DNA of 64,000 bases from NCBI GenBank assembly GCA_041663025.1, contig JBAZRE010000002.1:27703-91702 (forward strand). The letters run 5' to 3'. Below are positions 54,215 through 63,993 of this stretch, one piece after another; within the stretch, counting starts at the first letter, position 1; each line of letters starts with the position of its first letter. The notes beneath the pieces were generated by a model. The model ran no database searches and was not told the DNA's origin. It was given only the letters and a program-made list of their open reading frames with translations. The translations under genes and the position numbers were made by a program. Origin of the DNA: Minisyncoccota bacterium (lineage in GTDB: Bacteria > Patescibacteriota > Minisyncoccia > Phycocordibacterales > Phycocordibacteraceae).

Positions 54215-54997
54215 ATGATCATCATGAGGATCAGAGACGTGCGGCTTATCATGGGCATGCCCATAGAAATTGAGATTGTAGATGACAGCGCGAGAGACAC
54301 ACTCGAATCCGCCTTCGCATATCTCGTGTCTGTCGATGAACGTTTCAGTACGTATAAAGAAGACAGTGAAATTTCGCGTATCAATCGCAGTGAGATTGAA
54401 TCAGATGTCGTGAGTGTCGAGATGCGGGAAGTTTTTGCCATCGCTGAGAAGACAAGAATAGAAACAAACGGATACTTTAATATCAAAAAACCTGATAGCA
54501 CTATTGATCCTTCAGGTATTGTGAAGGGATGGGCGATACGCAATGCTGCCGCGCTTATCCGCGAAGCGGGATATGAGCATTATTTTGTGAATGCCGGTGG
54601 CGACATTGCGACGAGTGGTAAAAATATCGATGGAGGTGAGTGGAGTGTTGGTATCCGCAATCCCTTCAACAGTAATGAAATTGTGAAAGTGGTCTATCCA
54701 CACGGGAAGGGTATCGCAACCTCTGGTTCATATATCCGGGGGAATCATATCTACAATCCCCACAATACAAAAGAAGAGTTGCATGACATCGTGAGCATCA
54801 CGGTCATAGGCCCTGATGTTCTTGAAGCCGATCGTTTTGCGACTGCAGCGTTTGCAATGGGAAAGGGCGGCATCACTTTTATTGCACAACTATCGGGTTT
54901 TGAAGGCTACGCCATAAATGTGGACGGTATTGCTACGATGACGAGCGGCTTCGCCGAATATACAAATCCGCAAGGTGACACCTTACGGCAACCGTAA
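54215..54997 (+). CDS. apbE: FAD:protein FMN transferase (ApbE family)
   Basis: ApbE core motifs (SEISRIN, GIVKGWA, VNAGGDI, GIATSGSY). The last 9 codons and the TAA stop are encoded by a family-1 palindromic element. Confidence 0.8.
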   Translation: MIIMRIRDVRLIMGMPIEIEIVDDSARDTLESAFAYLVSVDERFSTYKEDSEISRINRSEIESDVVSVEMREVFAIAEKTRIETNGYFNIKKPDSTIDPSGIVKGWAIRNAAALIREAGYEHYFVNAGGDIATSGKNIDGGEWSVGIRNPFNSNEIVKVVYPHGKGIATSGSYIRGNHIYNPHNTKEELHDIVSITVIGPDVLEADRFATAAFAMGKGGITFIAQLSGFEGYAINVDGIATMTSGFAEYTNPQGDTLRQP

Positions 54998-55011
54998 GGT
55001 GTCACCTTGCG
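54967..55011. repeat. two tandem inverted family-1 short palindromes (ccgcaaggtgacaccttacgg caa ccgtaaggtgtcaccttgcgg)
   Basis: The first copy encodes the apbE C-terminus PQGDTLRQP. The TAA of ccgTAAgg is the stop codon. Confidence 0.75.
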
Positions 55012-55265
55012 GAGTGCGCAGGGAGCCAGTTCATCACTACCTTGCGGTGTTGATCGAGCGACCATGAGTCACTGTGCTTGAAAAGCGTTGCATGTCCCTT
55101 TCTAAACTCTCGTAAGAGCGGTAATGAAGCACGGGGAAATTCAAAAGGGAGACCCTCGTTATAGGACTTTAAAAAGGCGGGAAGTGAGAGGAGTTTCTCG
55201 CTCCGTTCTCGATCGAGGTCAGGTGATCTCATTACCCCTGATAATACCACGAACTTTATACTAAA

Positions 55266-55916
55266 TCAATTCGTCCGTTTAATTCTGGCAAAGATGACGT
55301 AAGAATATATAATGCTGATCAAAGTGGCGGCGATGATCGGAATGAGGATGAACCAAGTGGCAACTTTTGGCGATACGAAAATGCCCGCAAAGATGAAGAG
55401 TGCTGCGACTTCGAAGAGTGTGCCACCAAGCCTGTGCGTCTTGTCCCAAACGATGTCGTCCGAGATAGTCCATGGAGTACGGATGCCGATGAACCAATTG
55501 CGCTTCATATAGGGCATGAGCGCGCCAAGGATTAATATGAAGAGAGCAAGCGCCGGCAGAGTCATTGTGAGCATGTTGAATTGCCACCCCAGATTAGCTC
55601 CAAGCGAGAGCGCATATACATAGGCAAGAAAGGCGATAAGCAAAAAGAAGAAGAAGTCATAGACATAGCGGAAACTCTTAAATCCTGGTGCGATCGGGTC
55701 AATACGTGGTAGAAACGACCACAGGCCAGAGAATGCGAGCATCATAAGCGGCAAGAGGAATGTACCCCAGAATTTGCCCATCGTGCCGTTTGCCCGCCCT
55801 GCGGCGTCCCAATGAGAGATAAGTGTCGCTGACAAATTTGGGTAGACAATGACCCCAGTCGCAATACACGCGAGAATAATGATGAGCAGGAGAGTGCCGA
55901 CGAAGCGAGGGCTCAT
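55266..55916 (-). CDS. SdpI/YhfL-family (DUF1648) membrane protein
   Basis: Multi-TM with NWFIGIRTPWTISDDIVWDKTH matching the SdpI-family conserved loop. Confidence 0.6.
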   Translation of the reverse strand: MSPRFVGTLLLIIILACIATGVIVYPNLSATLISHWDAAGRANGTMGKFWGTFLLPLMMLAFSGLWSFLPRIDPIAPGFKSFRYVYDFFFFLLIAFLAYVYALSLGANLGWQFNMLTMTLPALALFILILGALMPYMKRNWFIGIRTPWTISDDIVWDKTHRLGGTLFEVAALFIFAGIFVSPKVATWFILIPIIAATLISIIYSYVIFARIKRTN

Positions 55917-55985
55917 GGGGGAAGTATACCAAATATCCGAGGTGTAAATACAAAAATCTCCGTCGGCTTGATAGCGCGACGGAGA

Positions 55986-56540
55986 TTATAACTTATTGAT
56001 TCGATTCAGTGCCTTTTTACTGGCGTTTAGGCACCGTTTCAAATCAGCCATATCTTTTTCACTCGCTCCACGTGCTTGTGAAAGTTCAATGACTTGGTGG
56101 AGGTGGTGGAGACAGTCTCCCAGGAAAGAGAGACGCAGAGTCTTTCTTAAATGGGCAAGGGTCTTCCGTGCGAGTGGTGTCAGTTTCAGTTTTTCTGCCT
56201 CATCGAGATCAAACCATCGAAGCTCGACAATTCCTTCTCGCACTAATGGCGTGGGCGGCTTATCTCCAAAGTAGTGTCCGATGGAGATGTCGAAAACATA
56301 CAGGGCGCCACTCTTCTGCCACTCATGGCAACTAAACAGCAACTGTTGGTCAAAAATTTCCTCAAGTTTGGATTCCTCCCACACCTCTCTCGTTACAGTT
56401 CGATGCCTCCCCCGGTCTTCTTTTTCCCGGTGGCCACCTAACAGCCACCACTGGCCGTCTTTGAGGGCCAAGAGGATTTGTTTCTTTGCGTTAAGCAAGG
56501 CCACCAACGCAATGGTGTGCAATGACATTTTTTTGTGCAT
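55986..56540 (-). CDS. NUDIX-family hydrolase-like protein
   Basis: LLGGHREKEDRGRHRTVTREVWEESKLE approximates the Nudix box GX5EX7REUXEEXGU with slightly atypical spacing. Confidence 0.45.
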   Translation of the reverse strand: MHKKMSLHTIALVALLNAKKQILLALKDGQWWLLGGHREKEDRGRHRTVTREVWEESKLEEIFDQQLLFSCHEWQKSGALYVFDISIGHYFGDKPPTPLVREGIVELRWFDLDEAEKLKLTPLARKTLAHLRKTLRLSFLGDCLHHLHQVIELSQARGASEKDMADLKRCLNASKKALNRINKL

Positions 56541-56693
56541 ACCTCACGCCCCCTTTCTTGTTATATTTGTTTTTTGTCAAAAAACTTGTTTACTCGATTC
56601 CATCGGGTATATAACCATTTTTAACACCCCGCGTCAACCGATCAAGGTGACCTTGTCTTCTCGCGGTTGAAGAGGATGTTCTATTCGTAACGG

Positions 56694-58154
56694 TTATGCA
56701 AATAGTAATCTGAATACCGTACCCTCATTTTCTTTTGATTCGAAAGAGATTCCAACATTAATTTTATCGGCTATCTTCTTTGTCATGTAGAGTCCCATGC
56801 CGCTACCATCCTTAATGAGAGACGTTACATTATCTCCTCTGAAATTACTTTTTAATATTTGAGATTGCTGCTTATCTGGTATTCCGTATCCAGAGTCTCT
56901 CACGATGATTGTCAGTGTTGGTTTCGCGATGGCCGTGATTTCAACATTACTGTTTGGCCGAGAATACTTGATGGCGTTGCTTAAGATATTTTCAAATACG
57001 ATACTCAGGAGTTGTTGATCAGATTTGATACAGGGAAGGATCATCCCCTCGACCCTGTTGGTGATCGAGACGTTTCTTTCTTTTGCAATTCGTTCGAGCT
57101 CCGTGATTGTCTCTTGGATGAGTACCGTGGGGTCAACACTCTCTTCTTTCACCTCCGCGATCCCGAGCTCAATTTTGGTCACGTTCAGAAGCGTGTCAAT
57201 GATTTTTTTCATCCGGAAGACCGCATGGCTGATGTCATCGGTATAGCGATGATACAGGGGAAAACTGGTTGAAAAAGATACATCAGTCTTCATCATGTCG
57301 GCGGAGAGAAGAATAACTGAGAGAGGGTTCTTGAGTTGATGTGAAGCGAGAGATAAGAATTCACTTTTTGCGATATTGAGATCGTTCAGATTTTTGAACA
57401 TAAGACGGTACGGCTCCATCATGTTGATTTCGATCAGGCCGGCATAGAGAAAGAAGAAGGTGATGATTTTGAATATGTGCCCGAGTAGATTGAACTCATC
57501 GGTTACGGCGAAGTAGAGCGTGAACATGAATTCAGAGATTATCGCTGATACGATAGCGAAGACGATATAGCGATATACCTCTCGATCAAGCCGATCCCTC
57601 TTCGTATAGAAGCCATAGAGTGCTCCACCCATCATGAGAATGATGACATATTCGCTGTAGATCTTAAACGACGTGAGCCCGCGACCTTCAATATAGGCAT
57701 CGGGGAAGAGGTGAAAAGTGAAGAAGAGGAGGAGGATAGCCGCGAGGATACCGATCATTCCGTAGAGGATGAACTCTTTCTTTTTTATTTTGTCAGCAAC
57801 AAAAGGGGCAGCGAGGAGTGCAATGCTGAAAAAGTAGCGACCAATAAGCCAGAGCTGCGTCGGCATATTGGCGGTTATGTTCTCAAATATAAAAACTCCT
57901 TTGAATGCGAATGTGTGAAGTGAATCGATGACCGCTAGAGGGAGCATCGCCATCGCGACAAAGAATAGGGTTTTGTTGTCGAGATAGTTTCGCGAATTCC
58001 ACGCCACGATGAAGATGGTAAAGGCGACCACGATGCTCAAGAGCTCGGCGAAGCTGTGGAAGAGGAGGTAATTATATAAATGGAGAGAATAGACCAGCGC
58101 TAGGATCAACAGCAACTGTAGATAGGTGCCATACGTTTTGAGGAAGCGGAACAT
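56694..58154 (-). CDS. sensor histidine kinase with large polytopic membrane sensor domain
   Basis: About 7 TM helices, then HisKA (LASHQLKNPLS) and HATPase_c (NAIKYS, DSGYGIP, GSGMGL). No adjacent response regulator. Confidence 0.8.
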   Translation of the reverse strand: MFRFLKTYGTYLQLLLILALVYSLHLYNYLLFHSFAELLSIVVAFTIFIVAWNSRNYLDNKTLFFVAMAMLPLAVIDSLHTFAFKGVFIFENITANMPTQLWLIGRYFFSIALLAAPFVADKIKKKEFILYGMIGILAAILLLFFTFHLFPDAYIEGRGLTSFKIYSEYVIILMMGGALYGFYTKRDRLDREVYRYIVFAIVSAIISEFMFTLYFAVTDEFNLLGHIFKIITFFFLYAGLIEINMMEPYRLMFKNLNDLNIAKSEFLSLASHQLKNPLSVILLSADMMKTDVSFSTSFPLYHRYTDDISHAVFRMKKIIDTLLNVTKIELGIAEVKEESVDPTVLIQETITELERIAKERNVSITNRVEGMILPCIKSDQQLLSIVFENILSNAIKYSRPNSNVEITAIAKPTLTIIVRDSGYGIPDKQQSQILKSNFRGDNVTSLIKDGSGMGLYMTKKIADKINVGISFESKENEGTVFRLLFA

Positions 58155-58334
58155 GGCTCTTCTCCATAGTCTATGCCGAATATCTCTTTCTGCAACCAGC
58201 TCTCAAAAGAGTCTGTGAGCCCTGAGGTGCTCGACATATTTTTCTCAGCGCACAACAACATAGAGCCGGTCATCGTTGGTTGGATCTTGCAAAGGTTTGC
58301 GAATCCACTAAATACTTCGTCAAACTTTACTCAA

Positions 58335-59840
58335 TCATCTCATGTACGCCATCAGCATTCCGATAATGCCGACCAAGACAAGATATGTTATGCAAGGGAT
58401 AAAGACTCCCTTCAGGATCTGCCGTTCCTGATCCTTTACTCCAACAACCGCCTCGGCCGCAAGCATGTCGGCCAATGCTATCATGTTGCCAGCTGCCGCG
58501 CCTACGACTCCTAATGACAAGATGATGCTGACGTTAAAACCAAGAGCTTGTCCTGCGGTATTGAAGAAATTCCCGAACATAATATTTGAAATTGTAGCGC
58601 TGCCGGTTATGAAGCTGCCAAAAGCTCCGACAAACGGTGCAAAGAAAGGCAACCAGCTCGTTTCAAAAACTTTTGCGACGAGCGTAATGGCCGCCGGCAA
58701 GCCAGAATAATTCTGGCCCGAATTGATCATTATTTGAACGAGTGACGACATAAAAACAATTATAAAAAACGGACTTAACGTTCCCCAGAACGCACTGGTG
58801 ACTGAAGATGAAAAAATCCTTTTTCCACTTTTCCATATAAAAATGGCCACTAATCCAGCAATCATAAAGGCGAAGCCGGGATTAAACAGATTGAAAGTTT
58901 GAGCTGTTATGAATGTGAAAGGAATGTTGACGCCGCTCAACATAAGTTTGCCGACGATCAGAAACAAAACCAAAAGGCCGTAGGGCAAAAAAGCTCTGAA
59001 GGCAGACATGGTTTGAGTCAAGGACTGTTTTCCTTCTAGAGATAAGACGTTCTTGGGTGTGAAGATTCTCAATTTGGTTGAGGCCATAACCAGAAGCAAC
59101 CCGACGATTGAACCGATGATCGAAGGGAGTTCTTGTCCAAAAAACGTCGCGATCAACAATGATGGAATGACGAATGCGATGCCAGACCAGATCGCAAACG
59201 GCAACCCGTCAAAAAATTCTTCCCTTCTGTTTTTGCGACTGGACGTGATTACCCAAAGCATAAAAACAGGCACGATAAAGCCGATGCAGTTTATAAGTGC
59301 CGAGAGATAGGGGACCATAGAAACGTCTAGTCCAGCAAAACCTGTTCGAATCGGCGTCCCGGCAGCTCCGAAAACTACTGAGGCGCTATTGCCTAAGAGC
59401 GCGACTACCAAGGCGCTGATGACCGGCAAGCCTAGGCCTATGAGGAGCGGGGCAACAACGGCCACAGGAGTTCCGAACCCAGCCGTTCCTTCTATGAAAT
59501 TTTCAAAAAACCAGGCCAATATGATTATTTGTACCCGGTAATCTTTTGAGAAGTGCTCCAGATAATACGAGATATTTTTTATTACTCCCAATCCCTGCAT
59601 TATCTTCAAGAAGAAAATTGCCCCAAAAATAATAATGAAAATATCAAAGGCAACAAAAAATCCCTTGGCATAAGAAACTAAAAGCAAATTCTGAAATATT
59701 CTCCAATACCACACTGCCAGAAACGTACCGACAACGAATGTGACGGCAGAAGCTCGCAGAAGAGATGTCTTGACCCAAAGGAGTAGAACAACAAAAATCA
59801 GAAATGGTAGTATCGACAGCGCAATCGGCAGATAAGACAT
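58335..59840 (-). CDS. lctP: L-lactate permease (LctP family)
   Basis: 501 aa with about 14 TM helices. FFENFIEGTAGFGTPVA and GNSASVVFGAAGTP match LctP conserved segments. Confidence 0.8.
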   Translation of the reverse strand: MSYLPIALSILPFLIFVVLLLWVKTSLLRASAVTFVVGTFLAVWYWRIFQNLLLVSYAKGFFVAFDIFIIIFGAIFFLKIMQGLGVIKNISYYLEHFSKDYRVQIIILAWFFENFIEGTAGFGTPVAVVAPLLIGLGLPVISALVVALLGNSASVVFGAAGTPIRTGFAGLDVSMVPYLSALINCIGFIVPVFMLWVITSSRKNRREEFFDGLPFAIWSGIAFVIPSLLIATFFGQELPSIIGSIVGLLLVMASTKLRIFTPKNVLSLEGKQSLTQTMSAFRAFLPYGLLVLFLIVGKLMLSGVNIPFTFITAQTFNLFNPGFAFMIAGLVAIFIWKSGKRIFSSSVTSAFWGTLSPFFIIVFMSSLVQIMINSGQNYSGLPAAITLVAKVFETSWLPFFAPFVGAFGSFITGSATISNIMFGNFFNTAGQALGFNVSIILSLGVVGAAAGNMIALADMLAAEAVVGVKDQERQILKGVFIPCITYLVLVGIIGMLMAYMR

Positions 59841-59865
59841 TTTCTCTATAATAACCTATTCAAAT

Positions 59866-60288
59866 TCACTTATTCTGAAACGGTTGGCATTTCTGGCAGA
59901 GACAACCCTTCGGCTTGAGGTGCATATCGAAGTACTCGGTGTCATAGTCGTAGGTGAGTTCTTCACTTGCCTTGATGTTTTTCTTGGCGAAGACATAAAT
60001 TCTGCGATTTCGTATATCTATCTCACAGTTCGGCGCACAGGAGTGGTTGATAAAACGCGCTTTGTTTTCTTTAATGTTTCCGTTAATCATCGTACTGTCG
60101 CTCGTCCAGAAAAGGTATTTACCTCGATTCGCTTTTTGTTCAGCCGGAGTAGCCGGCCGCCCTGTATATTCAATAATGCATGCGCCTCTCGGTATAGCTT
60201 CTTCAGCGAACATGCCAAGGCCAGTGCGCGAACGCCCGACGCGAAGCGCATATGTTCCCGGTACAAACCTTCTACGAATCTTTTTCAT
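59866..60288 (-). CDS. SET-domain protein, paralog 2
   Basis: RFINHSCAPNC, ELTYDYD, post-SET CLCQKC. About 45% identical to the 14925-15326 product by eye. Confidence 0.7.
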   Translation of the reverse strand: MKKIRRRFVPGTYALRVGRSRTGLGMFAEEAIPRGACIIEYTGRPATPAEQKANRGKYLFWTSDSTMINGNIKENKARFINHSCAPNCEIDIRNRRIYVFAKKNIKASEELTYDYDTEYFDMHLKPKGCLCQKCQPFQNK

Positions 60289-60971
60289 CTCGCTTCCTAC
60301 AATACCATTGAAAATTTACTCCGCTGGGTAGGGGATGTTCGAACCTGTGGGATATAGGGAAAGAGAAATTCGTGTGTCGACCTCAGATTTAAGGAGTAGG
60401 TGTGGGGCTTGTTACGGGATTTTGTGGAAGCGTTACGTTGATATTGGTTCCACCGCTCGTAGCAGGTGCTGTACCGCGGTAATGCAGCCAGAAGTATGCC
60501 CCGACGCCAATGACTGCAAGAAGTATGAGGACTGCGACCGCCCAGCCGGCACCACTGTCTCCACCGTCTGTATTTGAAGGAGTATTAATTACGGTCGTCA
60601 TAATGTGATAGTTGTTAAGATAATAATATTAAAGTAGCTCTATAGCTCTAAGATTAGAGCCGTTTCTGCGAGAAAGGCATTACAAAACGAAGAGAGCTGT
60701 AATAATTTCTTTTTGCATCCGGCAAGTTATTAGTGAGAACGGCTCGGGGAATGAATTGAATTATTCATTTATATTTCTACTATGGACGACCAACACATTA
60801 AGGACGCACAGGCAGACACTGCAGATGAGAAGGCTAAGGAAGCGGAAAAAATAGCAGGAGAAGCTCACGAGTCTGCTGCAGACGCGCATAAAGTTGCGGC
60901 AGATGCTCACGAAGCGAGAGCTGAAGCAGAGAAAACAGAGGAAGAAGAGGAGAAAAACGCCAGTTGAGAAA

Positions 60972-61008
60972 TAAAAACACCTCTCCTTGTGAGAGGTGTT
61001 TTTATTTC
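60972..61008 (+). terminator. rho-independent terminator
   Basis: acacctctc-cttgt-gagaggtgt followed by tttttatttc, after the 61-aa acidic ORF 60782-60967. Confidence 0.55.
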
Positions 61009-61113
61009 TGCTCCGCCTCGCGGACAAGTTCAGAACAGTAAATTTGGTACATGTTGAGAGGGAAGTGAGTCAATTGAGCTGTGATAGAGGATGTTAGAAC
61101 TTGGTACGACGAG

Positions 61114-62991
61114 CTACTTCGTTGTCAAGAAATTATACCAAGGAAGTTGTTCCGACAATGTATCGCCATTCTCGGCGTCTGCGGTTACGGTCTTTTGGCT
61201 ATTAAACGGAATAAACCCGAACAGTTTTCGGCGTTCATCAATCCTCATAGTATAGACCGCTTTCGCATCTTCCTCTTTTAATTCAATTGTTGTCGGTTCA
61301 AGACCAAGTTTTTCTGTTACCTCGCTTGCTGACATTTTCACATCCACACCGCCTACGCTCAATACATTTTCTTTAATCATAACTTCATCCGTGTTCACTT
61401 CCAATCCTTTATCTCGAATAAGAACTTGGTCTGCAGTTGGTTCAATACTCACTGGTCTGTCTCCAATGTTGGCAAGCATTTTTTTCTCCGTAGTTTTTAC
61501 AGATATATCATCGGCTTTAATTTCTCCACGACTTACTTTTACTTCTTTTACTAGAGTATTAAGCTCACTCACTTCCAGCTCATTTCTGCTTTTGATGAGG
61601 TTAGAAATAAGCCCATCTATTTCGTCCCGTAATGCTTTAAGTTCTTGTATTTGTTTTTCTTCTCCTTTTGCAGAAACAGCCTTTTCCAGTCTGGCTTTAT
61701 AGTACGTGCCGATCTCTTGTCCTGATTCAATAACCACTGGTCGTACAGTTTCTGTGATAAATGCTGACCCCGTTGTCGCGGTGGCTCTCGTTATGACGGG
61801 TGTCTTTTCCTGACTGCCACACTGAGCCCTTACTTTTTCAATACCAAATGAAAGTTCTTGAAGGATTTTTCCAATTTCTTCTCGCGAAAATCCACTTTTC
61901 TTTAGTTCATCATCGCTTAAGTCTCTAAGTTTTTTATAGTAGACAATTTTATTTTCCCACTGAGTGACTTCATTACAACGATTCATTGCTACGGCAACTG
62001 GTTTATTTTCTGTTAATAATTGCTGGACTGTTGATGCCGGTTGTATTATTTTTGAGGTTTGTTGCAGGGGTGTATTAATACATTTTTGTTGTTGTGTTGA
62101 AATCTGCTGTTTTAATTCGATTATTTGTTTGGTTATTTCTTCAACTCTTGTTTTATCAGATTCTGATTTTTGTAACTCAATAATAAGTTGATTATATTTC
62201 TGCATTAAACTATCGTTGATATAACATACGGGAGTTGTCCTCGGTATTTCTACTGGTTTTACTGTTGTGGCAACAGGTTTGCTTTCTGTTTCTTTGGGTG
62301 GGGCCCCTACTTGCCAAGCCCTTTGTGGATCCGTGGAGCAGGCTTTCTTTACCTCTGTCATATATTTTTCTTGGTTTTTCAGGGTCTGAGTTAGACTTTC
62401 TATTTTCCCCTCGCTAGATAGCGCTTCTTGTTTTTGTAGTTCAAGAACAGTCTCATTATAATTTTGAGTTAAACGGTCGATGGTTGTGCAGACAGATACC
62501 CATTCTTGTTCCACTATCGGTACTGATGATGGTCCAAGAGGCGTATATCTATTTCCTCCTTCAGTGGTCTCTTTGTAATAATAAATGGGAGTCGGTACTG
62601 GTGTTGAAGCAGTACCTGATACTCCTACGTTTGAGCAATGATTTGCGCATGCTTCTTTTGCATACTGATTCCATAAATCAGCAGGTTTGCACGAAGACTC
62701 TGATGCTCCTAAATTAGTTTCATAACCGTCGTAGCATTGAGCATAAACATTTTTATATACGCCAAGGCCACATTCGTTAGAGACCGAAAAAGAATTCACT
62801 CCGCATTTTATGTTTGGCGAGGTGGCGGCGACGGTTGTTTGTGTAGAAGTAACACCAGGCGTTGTTGATTTTTCGGATGTTGCTGTTGTGGCTGACTGAA
62901 TTGATGTGGCCTGAATTTCTGAAGTTTGCGCTAGCCCGATAACAGGAAATATCATTAAACCAGCAACAGATAAAATTCTTAATATTTTCAT
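61114..62991 (-). CDS. large secreted Thr/Ser-rich coiled-coil protein with Cys-containing repeats
   Basis: Signal peptide. Repeated modules (..LTQNYNETVLELQKQEA.. / ..LMQKYNQLIIELQKSES..). No recognised family. Confidence 0.5.
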   Translation of the reverse strand: MKILRILSVAGLMIFPVIGLAQTSEIQATSIQSATTATSEKSTTPGVTSTQTTVAATSPNIKCGVNSFSVSNECGLGVYKNVYAQCYDGYETNLGASESSCKPADLWNQYAKEACANHCSNVGVSGTASTPVPTPIYYYKETTEGGNRYTPLGPSSVPIVEQEWVSVCTTIDRLTQNYNETVLELQKQEALSSEGKIESLTQTLKNQEKYMTEVKKACSTDPQRAWQVGAPPKETESKPVATTVKPVEIPRTTPVCYINDSLMQKYNQLIIELQKSESDKTRVEEITKQIIELKQQISTQQQKCINTPLQQTSKIIQPASTVQQLLTENKPVAVAMNRCNEVTQWENKIVYYKKLRDLSDDELKKSGFSREEIGKILQELSFGIEKVRAQCGSQEKTPVITRATATTGSAFITETVRPVVIESGQEIGTYYKARLEKAVSAKGEEKQIQELKALRDEIDGLISNLIKSRNELEVSELNTLVKEVKVSRGEIKADDISVKTTEKKMLANIGDRPVSIEPTADQVLIRDKGLEVNTDEVMIKENVLSVGGVDVKMSASEVTEKLGLEPTTIELKEEDAKAVYTMRIDERRKLFGFIPFNSQKTVTADAENGDTLSEQLPWYNFLTTK

Positions 62992-63276
62992 AACACCATT
63001 ATATCAAATATATCAAACACAATTGGGCTCCGTTGAGTAGAGGGCGTTCAAACCTGTTTTAATCAGAATTTTTCTTCTTTTTCTTTATTATACCTACAAT
63101 ACCCGTAATAATTATCAGTAAACCTAATAACTGTCCTCCGGGACTATCATCAATTTCGCCATAGACAAACAGAAACATCCCGAACAGTATTGCGACAATG
63201 AAACACAGCATTTTAATTCTGTCCATATAAAAATTCTAACACAAATATATATATAGGACTTGTTAACAGAAATTTG

Positions 63277-63348
63277 CTCCGGAGACAGGGATCGAACCTG
63301 TGACCTTACGATTAACAGTCGTTTGCTCTACCGCTGAGCTACTCCGGA
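63277..63348 (-). tRNA. tRNA-Asn (anticodon GTT)
   Basis: Acceptor TCCGGAG/CTCCGGA, D-arm GCTC-AGCGGTA-GAGC, anticodon loop CTGTTAA, T-loop GGTTCGATCCC. CCA is not encoded. Confidence 0.85.
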
Positions 63349-63397
63349 ATACAACTATTCTAGCTTAAAAAGCATTTACCGCAATGGTAGGATAGAG

Positions 63398-63613
63398 ATG
63401 ATGTATATCAAAGTATTTGTCACGCCGAGCGCGAAGAAGGAGAAAATAGAGGAAAAAGGCGAAACATTGGCGATTTCTGTGAGAGAACCAGCGACAGGGA
63501 ATCGCGCCAATCTGCGGGTGCGCGAGATTATTGCTGAGAGGATGGGGAGGCCGCTCGGGCAAGTGCGCATCCTGACAGGACACCGTTCCCGAGTTAAGAT
63601 GATAAGTGTTTAG
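63398..63613 (+). CDS. DUF167/YggU-family protein
   Basis: 71 aa. KVFVTPSAKKEKI..LAISVREPATGNRANLRVREIIAERMG matches the YggU pattern (v.v.P.A..i...l.v.v.a.P..GkAN). Confidence 0.55.
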   Translation: MMYIKVFVTPSAKKEKIEEKGETLAISVREPATGNRANLRVREIIAERMGRPLGQVRILTGHRSRVKMISV

Positions 63614-63630
63614 CAGCTAACTTCTCACAT

Positions 63631-63993
63631 ATGAATATCACGATCAATGCGGCTAAGTTCAGACTTACTCCAGAGAACGAAGCGCTTATTGAAGAAAAGT
63701 TAGCGGCGCCGCTCCGCCTTCTTGGAGAGGCGAGTGAGACAGCGTTGTTAGAAATAGAAATAGAACAAGCACCGCCAGAAGGGCGTTCATCAGAGCCGTG
63801 TCGGCTTGTCGCGCGACTTATAGTGAATGATCAAGTATTTCATGCCGAAGCGGTGAAGCCGACGCCAGAAAGCGCAGCAGACAGGGTGCGAAGCACTCTT
63901 GAGGCAGAAATACGTCGCTCGCGCGGGCGCGCGCACAAACTCTTCAAACGTGGCGGAGCAGCGATAAAGAGAATGTTGCGTTTCGGGAATTAG
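63631..63993 (+). CDS. hpf: ribosome hibernation-promoting factor-like (HPF/RaiA family)
   Basis: 120 aa with N-terminal MNITINAAKFRLTPENEALIEEKL matching the HPF N-terminus (M.i.i.g..ieit.alr.yveekl). Confidence 0.5.
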   Translation: MNITINAAKFRLTPENEALIEEKLAAPLRLLGEASETALLEIEIEQAPPEGRSSEPCRLVARLIVNDQVFHAEAVKPTPESAADRVRSTLEAEIRRSRGRAHKLFKRGGAAIKRMLRFGN

